Shown here in pieces: positions 9,522 through 17,615 of a DNA stretch of 38,234 nucleotides. Source of the DNA: an uncultured bacterium (GTDB lineage: Bacteria > Krumholzibacteriota > Krumholzibacteriia > WVZY01 > JAKEHA01); contig CAZCQM010000001.1 of the NCBI GenBank assembly GCA_964500785.1, positions 1 to 38,234 of the forward strand, read 5' to 3'. The notes under the pieces were generated by a model, which had not been told where the DNA came from, made no database searches, and was given only the letters and a program-made list of their open reading frames with translations. The translations under genes were made by a program, and so were the position numbers. Each line of letters opens with the position of its first letter. Positions within the stretch are counted from its first letter, which is position 1.

Positions 9522-9551
9522 CGGAGAAGAACTGCTTTCCGGAGTGGAACG

Positions 9552-9572
9552 CGGCGCGGGCGTGCCGCGCCG
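9552..9572 (+). terminator. Weak candidate stem-loop after the lipoprotein gene
   Basis: CGGCGCGG (9552-9559), loop GCGTG, CCGCGCCG (9565-9572): an 8-bp GC stem with no U-tract. Confidence 0.25.
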
Positions 9573-9587
9573 GCCGCCGCTGACCGC

Positions 9588-10754
9588 ATGCGGATTCTCT
9601 TCATCAGCTCGATCCAGATGTGGGGCGGGGCCGAGGTATGGCTCATGGACGTCATGCACGGGCTGAAAGCGCGCGGGCACGACGTCGCCCTTGTGTGCCG
9701 GCCCGGGACGATCCTGGAGAAGAACGCGCTCGCCCGCCGCTTCGATGTCGTCCCGATGGCGATGCGCAGCGATTTCGATCCGGTCGTCGTGGGAAAGATG
9801 ATGCGCCTCCTGCTTCAGAGGAAGATCGACGTCATCTCCACCAACATGGACAAGGAGCTTCGTTTCGGCGGACTCGCCGCCCGCCTGGTCCGGCGCGTCG
9901 CCGTCGTTCCGTCCCGGGAGGTCGACTATCCGCTCAAGAACAAGCTGCGGTACCGGTTCACCTACAACGTACTCGCCGACCTCGTGATTGCGAACTCCGT
10001 CGCCACCAAGCGGTCGCTGCTGCGTGAGGCGCCGTGGCTGAAGCCCGATCGCGTCGCCGTCATCTACAAGGGGATCGACCCGGCGCCCTATCTCGATCGT
10101 CCCGAAGAGGGAGAGGCCCTGCGCCGGGAGCTCGGCATCCCGGGCGATGCCCCGCTGGTGGGTTTCGTCGGGCAGATCATCGAGCGCAAGGGGATCCACG
10201 ACATCGCCGCGGCCATGCCCATGGTTCACGCGCGGCAGCCCGACGCGCGGTTCCTCTTCGTCGGCGAGGGCAAGCTGGAGGAATTTCTCGAGAAGCGGGT
10301 GGCCGAGGACGGTATCGCCGATCGCGTCGTGCGCACAGGGTTTCGCGACGATATTCCCGCGGTGATGAAGGCCATCGACGTGCTCATTCTTCCGTCGAAG
10401 GTGGAGGGTTTCGGCTACGTGCTCGCGGAGGCGATGGCCGCGGGCAAGCCCGTGGTGGCGACCAACGTGAGCAGTATTCCGGAGATCGTCCAGCACGATG
10501 AAACCGGGATCCTCGTGGACCCCGCGGATCCGCCGCGTCTGGCGGAGGCCATCGTCCGTCTGCTGCAGGATCGCGAGCTCGCCACGGCCATGGGGGAGCG
10601 GGGGCGCGACGTGATGCTGGGGAAGTTCACGCTGGAACGCATGATTTCGCAGATCGAATCCGTGTTCACCGCGCAGGCCGAAGCGCACGGTGGCCGCTCC
10701 CTGACGCGGAAGGCCGTCCGCGACCAACGAACGCCGAGCGGGAACACCACGTGA
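9588..10754 (+). CDS. Glycosyltransferase family 4 (GT-B, RfaB-like)
   Basis: MRILFISS...GGAEVW...; C-terminal half has ILPSKVEGFGYVLAEAMAAGKPVVATNVSSIPEIV..ETGILV (EX7E-type GT4 motif). Confidence 0.85.
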   Translation: MRILFISSIQMWGGAEVWLMDVMHGLKARGHDVALVCRPGTILEKNALARRFDVVPMAMRSDFDPVVVGKMMRLLLQRKIDVISTNMDKELRFGGLAARLVRRVAVVPSREVDYPLKNKLRYRFTYNVLADLVIANSVATKRSLLREAPWLKPDRVAVIYKGIDPAPYLDRPEEGEALRRELGIPGDAPLVGFVGQIIERKGIHDIAAAMPMVHARQPDARFLFVGEGKLEEFLEKRVAEDGIADRVVRTGFRDDIPAVMKAIDVLILPSKVEGFGYVLAEAMAAGKPVVATNVSSIPEIVQHDETGILVDPADPPRLAEAIVRLLQDRELATAMGERGRDVMLGKFTLERMISQIESVFTAQAEAHGGRSLTRKAVRDQRTPSGNTT

Positions 10755-10791
10755 TCGTCGTTCGCCCGACACCGGCCGGAAGGAGTCCATC

Positions 10792-11328
10792 ATGACCGCT
10801 CGGAATTCGAACATCCGCCGTCGTCCGGAGCCATCGGAGTACTTCGAGTACTATCACCGCTACATCGAACAGGTGCCGGACGGTGACATCGTCGACGTCC
10901 TTCGCGCCCAGTTCGAAGAGGCCGCCGCCTTTCTCGCCCGGGTTCCCAGGGACCGCGTCGAGTTTCGCTACGCTCCCGGCAAGTGGACGCTCAAGGAAGT
11001 CGTGGGGCACGTCCTCGACATGGAATGGGTGTTCACCGCGCGCGCGGTTCATTTCGCCCGCGCCGTCCCCGGCGCGCTGCCGGGTGCCGAGCAGGAGGAC
11101 GTGATGGCGGTGGCGAACTTCGGAGAGCGGCCGCTCGACGAAGTCGTCGACGAATGGGGCCATTTGCGCGCCGCCGGGGTGCGGTTCTTCGAGGGAATCG
11201 ACGCCGCCGCGTGGGATCGAGCCGGTACCGCCTCGGGGCGGCGATTCACCGTGCGCGCCTTCCCCTACATCATCGCCGGGCACGCGCATCACCACATGAA
11301 CGTGATTCGCGAGAAGTACCTCGGTTAG
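10792..11328 (+). CDS. DinB-family (four-helix bundle, metal-binding) protein
   Basis: YFEYYHRYI...KWTLKEVVGHVLDME...AGHAHHHMNVIR gives the His triad spacing typical of DinB_2. AGGAG lies upstream. Confidence 0.8.
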   Translation: MTARNSNIRRRPEPSEYFEYYHRYIEQVPDGDIVDVLRAQFEEAAAFLARVPRDRVEFRYAPGKWTLKEVVGHVLDMEWVFTARAVHFARAVPGALPGAEQEDVMAVANFGERPLDEVVDEWGHLRAAGVRFFEGIDAAAWDRAGTASGRRFTVRAFPYIIAGHAHHHMNVIREKYLG

Positions 11329-12161
11329 CCGGCCGATTCGGGCCCGGCCCGGAGCAGCGACAGGACGAACCGGTTCCAGCCCGCGGGACCCACGTCGTCG
11401 ACGCGGACGACGTTCGGAACGTCGATGTCCTCCCACGTCCCCGGCGCCTTCTGAACCAGAACGGGAACGTCCATCGCGCGCAGCAACGCGGCGTCGTTGA
11501 AGCTGTCGCCGATTCCCACCAACCGCACGTCTCCGTCGCGCCGCCGGTAGAGCTCCGCGAGTATGAGCGCGGCCGCGCCCTTGTTGGAGCGGCCGGTGAC
11601 GCTGTAATAGCGCCCTCCGCGCGCGAGGGAGAGGCCGCGACGGGCCAGCGCGCGGCCCACCGTGCCGGCGTCGTCGGGCGCGAGCGGGGTCACGATCGAC
11701 TCCTGGAACTCTCTCTGCCGCGCGCGTCGCGCCGACTCGACATCCAGCCCCGTGCGCTCGGCGACGTCCTCGTCGGTGAGGTCACCGTAACCCGTCAATT
11801 CGATTCCCGTCTCCTCGCGGATCGCCCGGATCGCTTCCCGGACGACGTCGTAAACGGGCCCAAGGCGGATGACGAGCATCCCGTCGTCCGCTCGATCACA
11901 CACGAACTCGAAGGGGAAGTAGCCGGGGTCGATGTACACGGCGGAGCCGTCTTCGACGATGAACGGATGGCCGACGCCCAGACGTTCGCGGAGTTCCATC
12001 TGCTCCGCGCGTGTCTTCGACGAGCAGAACACCAGGGGGACGTTCTTCGTGCGAATAACGTCGAGGGCGGGTAGCGCCGCATGGCAGTCGTACGTCGCCC
12101 GGTCGAGGAGCGTGCCGTCGAGGTCGGTGAAGATGATGGGAAGGTCGGAACGCGATGACAT
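11325..12161 (-). CDS. mpgP: Mannosyl-3-phosphoglycerate phosphatase (HAD-IIB)
   Basis: IIFTDLDGTLL...VFCSSKTRAEQ...PFIVEDGSAVYIDPGYFPFEF...SNKGAA...GDSFND closely matches archaeal and Thermus MpgP as I remember them. The ATG is at 12161-12159; the listed 573-aa ORF is a run-through into the upstream gene. Confidence 0.9.
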   Translation of the reverse strand: MSSRSDLPIIFTDLDGTLLDRATYDCHAALPALDVIRTKNVPLVFCSSKTRAEQMELRERLGVGHPFIVEDGSAVYIDPGYFPFEFVCDRADDGMLVIRLGPVYDVVREAIRAIREETGIELTGYGDLTDEDVAERTGLDVESARRARQREFQESIVTPLAPDDAGTVGRALARRGLSLARGGRYYSVTGRSNKGAAALILAELYRRRDGDVRLVGIGDSFNDAALLRAMDVPVLVQKAPGTWEDIDVPNVVRVDDVGPAGWNRFVLSLLRAGPESAG

Positions 12162-12166
12162 GGCGC

Positions 12167-13795
12167 TCACCCCAGGAACTCGAGAGCCCGGGCCAGGATG
12201 ATGATCCCGACCGAGTACGCCAGCAGGGACAGAATGAGCCCCCGGTGGTTGTGGATGAATCGCGGGACGTCCCCGCGGACGAACGCCGTCGGCTCTCCCG
12301 ATGCCATCGTCTCCATGCGGTGCCACAGTGCGGCGAATCCCATCGCGGCGAAGAATCCGGTGACGTTCCACCACAGCCACGAGACGTCGGTCAACTGCCA
12401 GATCAGCACGTTCACCGCGATGCCGGCGACGACGCCGGCCCGGGTCTGGCGGGCCGTGGCGAGCGTGGTGATGCCGAGGAGGAACGCGGCCAGGATGGGG
12501 CCGTAGAGCAGGCTCCCGACGGAGTTGATGAGCACGATGGTGGTCTCCCGGACCGCCTGGCCCGACCCGGCGAACACCAGCGCGGCCAGGATGCAGAAGG
12601 TGCCCCAGAACGCGGTGAACAGCTTGGAGACGATGAGGTAGTGCCGGTCGCTGGCGGCGGGCCTGACGTAGGCGCGATAGACGTCCTGCATGGTGACGGC
12701 GCTCAGGGAGTTGATCGCGGAGTCGAGGCTCGACATGAGCGCGGACAGGATGGCGGCGATCACCAGGCCGACGACTCCCACGGGCAGGAACGCGAGCACG
12801 AACATCGGCACCATGCGGTCGGGATTCGCCTGCAACGTCGATGTCACCGACGCCGGGTTCATGCCCAGTGCGCCCGCCACGTCGGCCACGCGGTCCGGCG
12901 CCGCGAAGACGGCGCCGATCATCACGCCCATCAGGCAGTAGAGCAGGACGACGGGAAAGCGGCCGAACGCGTTGACGAGCAGAGAACGTCGCACGTCGCG
13001 CACCGAGCCCACGGAGAGCTCGCGCTGGACCTGGCTCTGATCGCACCCGTAATAGGATGCGTAGAGGAAGATGCCGCCGATAGTCATGGGCCAGAATCCG
13101 TACTCGCCCTTTCCCCCGATCCCGAGACCGCTGAAGTCGAGCACGCGGGCGCGTTCGGGCCCGAGCGCGGCCCAGCCGGCGCTCCAGCCCACCATGTGGA
13201 GCGCCACACCGCCGCAGATCAGAATCCCGATGACGATGATCGCCATCTGCAGGACGTCGCTCATGATGACGACGCGCATGCCGCCCATGACGTCGTAGAT
13301 CATGGTGACGACGCCGATGACCAGAATGGCCTCCGCGGTCGAAAGGGGAGTGGCGGTGGAGAGGATCAACCCGCCTGCCAGCACCGAGACGGCCGTGGCC
13401 AGCCCCCGGCCCAGCTGGAAGAGAATGCTGACGAGAGTCCGCGTTCCCCGGTCGAAGCGCTCTTCGAGGAACGCGTACGCGCTGACGTATCCGCCGTCGT
13501 GGAGCCGGGGCACGATCACGACCATCGCCACGAGCACCCCGATGGGAACGCCGAACTCATAGCAGAGCCACTTGAGACCGCCGTCCGGCTTGATGGCGAC
13601 GAACGCCGGCGCCGACACGAAGCTGATCGCGCCGAGCTGTGTGGCCATGGTCGACAGTCCCGATTGCCACCAGCGTATCTTGCGACCCGCCAGGTAGTAA
13701 TCGTGCACACTGTGCTGCGTGCGCCCGAACCAGTAGGCAAGGACGATGATGACCAGGAAGTAGGCGAGAACTACGATCCAGTCCAGAACCGCCAT
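12167..13795 (-). CDS. Sodium:solute symporter family (SSF/SLC5-like) transporter
   Basis: DYYLAGRKIRWWQSGLSTMATQLGAISFVSAPA plus about 13 TM segments. It sits 12 nt after mpgS and 5 nt before mpgP. Confidence 0.9.
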   Translation of the reverse strand: MAVLDWIVVLAYFLVIIVLAYWFGRTQHSVHDYYLAGRKIRWWQSGLSTMATQLGAISFVSAPAFVAIKPDGGLKWLCYEFGVPIGVLVAMVVIVPRLHDGGYVSAYAFLEERFDRGTRTLVSILFQLGRGLATAVSVLAGGLILSTATPLSTAEAILVIGVVTMIYDVMGGMRVVIMSDVLQMAIIVIGILICGGVALHMVGWSAGWAALGPERARVLDFSGLGIGGKGEYGFWPMTIGGIFLYASYYGCDQSQVQRELSVGSVRDVRRSLLVNAFGRFPVVLLYCLMGVMIGAVFAAPDRVADVAGALGMNPASVTSTLQANPDRMVPMFVLAFLPVGVVGLVIAAILSALMSSLDSAINSLSAVTMQDVYRAYVRPAASDRHYLIVSKLFTAFWGTFCILAALVFAGSGQAVRETTIVLINSVGSLLYGPILAAFLLGITTLATARQTRAGVVAGIAVNVLIWQLTDVSWLWWNVTGFFAAMGFAALWHRMETMASGEPTAFVRGDVPRFIHNHRGLILSLLAYSVGIIILARALEFLG

Positions 13796-13807
13796 AGCGC
13801 CGATCGT

Positions 13808-15034
13808 CTACCCGATGCGGATGGTCTTGTCGGAACTATTGCCGTAGGTGTTTGCCAGGTGCCGGCCGTAGTCGGTCTCGGCGATGCACTCCAGGAACTT
13901 CTCGAGGTCGATCGACGACAGCGCCGGGAAGTACCGTGGCTTCGGGAACGGCGACTTGCTGCTCGGGATCAACCCGCGCCGCGCCGCGTCGGCGGCGATT
14001 TCGCGCCGGATCGATTCCGGGCACAGGCGGGAGTGATACACCACCTGCATGGCCTGGAGTTGCATGCGGTCGATGTGGCTCTCGTCGCCCGCCTCGTGGA
14101 GGTGCGGATTGCGCGACTCGATCTGGAAGACCTCGACACGGGGCTGGGTCGACCCGGAGTTCTCCAGGATGCCGCCGTAGCGCTCCAGTATGTTGATGAT
14201 GTGGTACGGCTCGATCGAGTACCCGGCGGAATAGTCGAGGTTCATGGCGAGGTCCATCGTGAGCGCGTGCTCGCCCGCGTTCCCCGTCTTGACGATCTCG
14301 GTCTCGAAACCGGTGTAGTGGTCGATGATACGGTTGAGCAGTCGGTTGGTATTGACCGTGCTCCGCCCCCACTTGCGGAAGAACAGCTTGGACTCGACGA
14401 TCTTCGGCTTGCTGTGCCACGCGATGCGCACCATCGAATGCGAAGACCGGCTGATCGCGAAACCGGCCGCGTATTCGCGGACGTATTCCTCGACGGCGCC
14501 GGGGAAGTAGTTATCCGAGTCGACGAAACCGACGTACTTCTTTCCCGCCAGACGCGCCAGCAGCGTGCCGATCAGCATGCCTTCGGCCTTGCCGTCACGG
14601 ACCACGCCGTTCGGGCTCAGGATCTTGCGGTAGCCGGTTTCCGCGAACGCCTTGCTCAGCGCGGGATCCTGCTGGTGTGCGATCAGGACCTTCTTTCCCA
14701 CGAAGGTGCAGAAGTCGCTGACGGCGTCTTTCTCGATGCCGAAACGGTCCACCGACTTGCGGGGGCTGTTGGATACCACGATGGTCAGGCACGCGTGCGG
14801 GACGCCGCACAGGACGCCCTCGATGAGCTTGAGGCGCTCGCCCTTCACCGGGATGACGATCGCCATGTCCTTCTGAATCTTGTACAGCTCGCGGTAGGAG
14901 ACGGCGCGGATCACGCGTGACAGTTCGGCCGGCGACTCTTCGCCCAGGCCCGAGTCCAGCTCGAACACTTTTTGAAGATCGCCGAATCGCACCGCGCCGA
15001 TACGCTCGACGTTCTTGGGCAATTCGATTCGCAT
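13808..15034 (-). CDS. mpgS: Mannosyl-3-phosphoglycerate synthase (GT55)
   Basis: IVIPVKGERLKLIEGVL...IVVSNS...HQQDPALSKAF...DGKAEGM...GFVDSDNYFPGAVEEYVREYAAGF...TGNAGEHALT...GYSIEPY...FQIESRNPHLHE is collinear with Pyrococcus and Rhodothermus MPGS as I remember them. The ATG is at 15034-15032. Confidence 0.93.
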   Translation of the reverse strand: MRIELPKNVERIGAVRFGDLQKVFELDSGLGEESPAELSRVIRAVSYRELYKIQKDMAIVIPVKGERLKLIEGVLCGVPHACLTIVVSNSPRKSVDRFGIEKDAVSDFCTFVGKKVLIAHQQDPALSKAFAETGYRKILSPNGVVRDGKAEGMLIGTLLARLAGKKYVGFVDSDNYFPGAVEEYVREYAAGFAISRSSHSMVRIAWHSKPKIVESKLFFRKWGRSTVNTNRLLNRIIDHYTGFETEIVKTGNAGEHALTMDLAMNLDYSAGYSIEPYHIINILERYGGILENSGSTQPRVEVFQIESRNPHLHEAGDESHIDRMQLQAMQVVYHSRLCPESIRREIAADAARRGLIPSSKSPFPKPRYFPALSSIDLEKFLECIAETDYGRHLANTYGNSSDKTIRIG

Positions 15035-15036
15035 GT

Positions 15037-16752
15037 CTATCGACCTCCTCGGACGATCTCTCCGATCTGCTCGGAGGTCGCCTCCCAGTTCTTTCTGGCG
15101 TCTCCCTGGAGCAACCCGACGTCGGCGGCGAGGCTGTCCAGGTAGCACTGCACGTGCGCCAGGGGCTCCCACAGGGCTTCGTCTCCATACTTGAACCCGT
15201 ATCGCGACGAGCTGCCGAGCTTCTCGACGACCGAACGGGCGGGATCGTAGTCGGTGTTTCCGACGGTCTCCGGCGAGAAACCGTTGCGGCGCGCGATCTC
15301 GTCGAATGCGTCGTGGACGTTGGCGCCGTGCTGGGCGGCCTCCTTGGCGCGGAACGCGACGTCCTCGGGGACGCCGAGAGCGATGCTCGCCGCGCGATGA
15401 ACGCGCTTGCGCACCTCGTCGGCGCCCTTGTGAATCTTGAGTTGCGGCGAAATCGAGAACGCGGTTTCGATCACCATCGGGTCCAGGAACGGAACGCGCA
15501 GCTCCAGGCTGTGCGCCATGGCGATCTTGTCCTCGCGCTCCAGGCACTCCTTGTAGAGGAGGAACGTGTCCTCCCACGAGCGCTCCACGAATTCTTCGTA
15601 TCCTTCGCGATCGACGATCGCGGCGTACCACGGATACCCACCGAAGAGCTCGTCGGCGCCCTGGCCGTTCATGATGACCAGCTCGCCGGCCTCCTGGGCG
15701 GCGCGGATGGACGCGAAGACCGGCACCGCGACTTCCACCTGGTTGAGACTGTGGTCCTCGATGGTCGCCATCACTTCGGGGAGCATCGCTTCGATGTCGT
15801 CGGTGGTAAGCTCCACCAGCTCGAGCGGGAAATCGTGTTCCTCGGCCGTCCGCAACGCCCACTCGGCGTCGGGCGCGCTCCGGCTTCGTCCCGCGGTGTA
15901 GCACGTGAACGGCGCGCCGGTGCGGCGCACGAGCTCCGCGATCAGGAAACTGTCGACGCCCCCCGAGTAGATGACTCCGATGCGCGGCTGTCCGACCACG
16001 CGCTTGCGCACGGACTCCTCCAGGACGCGCGCGTACTGATTGACCGCCATGCGCGGATCGGTGATACGCGCCGTCTGTCGGGGCGCCTTCGGTTCCCAGA
16101 AGCGGCGTGTCTCCGAGTGACCCGGCTCCATGATGAGCATGTGCCCGGGGAGGAGGCGTTTGATCTCGGCGCCCTCGCCGGCCACGGCCCACAGGGCCTT
16201 CTTCTCGGACGCGAATGCCACGATGCCGTCGCCCGCCGCGGCGTAGTAGAGCTGTCGCACGCCGATGCGGTCGCGCGCGATGACCGTCATGCGCCCATCG
16301 GTGACGGCGGCCGCGTAGACGCCGTCGAGGTGGGGAAGCACGTGCTCCATCGCGAGCACCAGGTCCCCGCGGTAAACATCCTCGAGCAACCGGCAGAAGA
16401 CCTCGCTGTCGCTTCCCGTGGCCAGTGGCTCACCGCCCTTGAGGCCCCGCCACAACTCACGGTAGTTGTAGATCTCACCGTTATGCAGCAGGTGGAGCCG
16501 GCCGTCCGCAGACGCGAACGGCTGCACGCCCTCCGCACTGCCGGTGATGGCGAGGCGGACGTGGCCGAGCCCCGCCGTACCCATCTTGTTGCGGAAGTCG
16601 ATTTCGTCGAGCGACGACCGGCGCTGGCACTCGGTGCCGACGACGATACCCGCCCCGTCGGGTCCGCGATGATGCTGCGCGCGCAGCATCGATTCGAGCA
16701 GCGGTCCGAGATCCCGTTCCTCCCGGGTCACGATTCCGGCGATGCCACACAT
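15037..16752 (-). CDS. Asparagine-synthase-like glutamine amidotransferase (class II Ntn GATase plus PP-loop ATP pyrophosphatase)
   Basis: N-terminal MCGIAG (Cys nucleophile), HRGPDG, PP-loop YSGGVDS, ELRVPFLD. Its stop is 2 nt before the mpgS ATG, and its ATG is 2 nt after the marR stop. Confidence 0.88.
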   Translation of the reverse strand: MCGIAGIVTREERDLGPLLESMLRAQHHRGPDGAGIVVGTECQRRSSLDEIDFRNKMGTAGLGHVRLAITGSAEGVQPFASADGRLHLLHNGEIYNYRELWRGLKGGEPLATGSDSEVFCRLLEDVYRGDLVLAMEHVLPHLDGVYAAAVTDGRMTVIARDRIGVRQLYYAAAGDGIVAFASEKKALWAVAGEGAEIKRLLPGHMLIMEPGHSETRRFWEPKAPRQTARITDPRMAVNQYARVLEESVRKRVVGQPRIGVIYSGGVDSFLIAELVRRTGAPFTCYTAGRSRSAPDAEWALRTAEEHDFPLELVELTTDDIEAMLPEVMATIEDHSLNQVEVAVPVFASIRAAQEAGELVIMNGQGADELFGGYPWYAAIVDREGYEEFVERSWEDTFLLYKECLEREDKIAMAHSLELRVPFLDPMVIETAFSISPQLKIHKGADEVRKRVHRAASIALGVPEDVAFRAKEAAQHGANVHDAFDEIARRNGFSPETVGNTDYDPARSVVEKLGSSSRYGFKYGDEALWEPLAHVQCYLDSLAADVGLLQGDARKNWEATSEQIGEIVRGGR

Positions 16753-16754
16753 GG

Positions 16755-17357
16755 CTAGGCCTCCCCCGGTGCGCCCGGATCGCGGGGCGCGGCGCCGGAA
16801 TCCGCGCCTTCAGGCGGGGATGCGTTGGCTTCCGGCGGTTCCATCAGGTCGACGATGCGCTGGAGCGACAACGCGATGGTTGCCTGCTCGATATCGGGAA
16901 GCGCCTTGAGCGCGTTCGACAGTCCTTCGTGCAGCGGCGATGGTCCCTGGCCGACCAGGGCGATGCCGGTGGGCGTCGCGCTGACATTGACGACGCGGCG
17001 GTCGCGCGTATCGCGCAGGCGCATGATCAGCCCCTTGCTCTCGAGGCGGTCGAGCACGCCCACGACGGTGCTCGGGCTCAGGCTCACCATCTCGGCGAGC
17101 CGTTTGATGGGCAGCGGGGCCTCGCTCACGATCGTCGCGAGGCATACCAGCTGCGGGCCGGTGATCTCGTGGGTCAAGCGCAGGCGCTGCGAGTGGATGT
17201 CCATGCCGCGGATGATCCGCCGCAACGAGCGCAGGATGTGCAGGTCGTAGCGGGCGGGTGGAATCGTCGGCCGGATCTCGGTCGGGCCCGGACTGGCGCC
17301 GTGGGTGCGTCCCGCACCCCGCCGGCCCCCCGAACCCTCGTCGATATGGGAGTTCAT
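16755..17357 (-). CDS. MarR-family transcriptional regulator with low-complexity N- and C-terminal tails
   Basis: The winged-HTH core GPQLVCLATIVSEAPLPIKRLAEMVSLSPSTVVGVLDRLESKGLIMRLRDTRDRRVVNVSATPTG is a classic MarR pattern. It is the first gene of the minus-strand operon. Confidence 0.85.
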   Translation of the reverse strand: MNSHIDEGSGGRRGAGRTHGASPGPTEIRPTIPPARYDLHILRSLRRIIRGMDIHSQRLRLTHEITGPQLVCLATIVSEAPLPIKRLAEMVSLSPSTVVGVLDRLESKGLIMRLRDTRDRRVVNVSATPTGIALVGQGPSPLHEGLSNALKALPDIEQATIALSLQRIVDLMEPPEANASPPEGADSGAAPRDPGAPGEA

Positions 17358-17388
17358 GCGTGTCTCGCTCGAAAAATTAGTTTGCAGG

Positions 17389-17401
17389 AGAAATGATTTC
17401 T
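17389..17401. promoter_or_regulatory. Perfect 6-1-6 palindrome AGAAAT-G-ATTTCT in the marR / GH38 divergent intergenic region (candidate MarR operator)
   Basis: Read directly from the sequence. It lies 32 nt upstream of the marR ATG in the only AT-rich stretch of the region. Confidence 0.4.
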
Positions 17402-17498
17402 GTTGAAATTGATGGTCTCAACCTAACCCCATGGGCGGGGAATGTCAAGTCAGGAGCACCCCGGCACTTGATGATCTAACGGATTGATGGTATTCAAC
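17402..17498. promoter_or_regulatory. Three copies of a TTGATG(G/A)T..(T)CAAC-like motif, one embedded in GTTGA-N11-TCAAC
   Basis: ATTGATGGTCTCAAC at 17408-17422, CTTGATGATCTAAC at 17467-17480, ATTGATGGTATTCAAC at 17483-17498. The inverted repeat is GTTGA at 17402-17406 with TCAAC at 17418-17422. Confidence 0.35.
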
Positions 17499-17557
17499 TT
17501 GTCCGTACCCATGACGGTTCGAAGCCGATTCCGCGTCGTCACCCAAGGAGACGTTCC

Positions 17558-17615
17558 ATGACCGTGAAGGCCCCGCCCCGGACCATTTTTCTGGTCCCGC
17601 ATACCCACTATGACG
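17558..17615 (+). other. Out-of-frame N-terminal fragment of the GH38 mannosidase carrying the metal-binding H-x-H-x-D motif
   Basis: The frame starting at 17558 reads MTVKAPPRTIFLVPHTHYDEG..., the GH38 N-terminal signature, with AAGGAG upstream of its ATG. The rest of the enzyme is in the +1 frame from 17610. Confidence 0.6.

Noticed and set aside
11325-16192. Listed ORFs 11325-13046 (573 aa) and 13808-16192 (794 aa) taken as single large genes
   Set aside because: Only the C-terminal 278 and 408 codons match MpgP and MpgS. The N-terminal extensions run through the upstream genes in other frames and read as Arg/Pro-rich junk. Internal ATGs at 12161 and 15034 fit the operon spacing.
12155-16758. 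Two long plus-strand ORFs (12155-14920, 921 aa; 14917-16758, 613 aa) opposite the mannosylglycerate operon
   Set aside because: The sequence is low-complexity and rich in Arg, Asp, Gly and His. It lies antisense to the SSF, MpgS and AsnB-like genes, each of which matches its family end to end.
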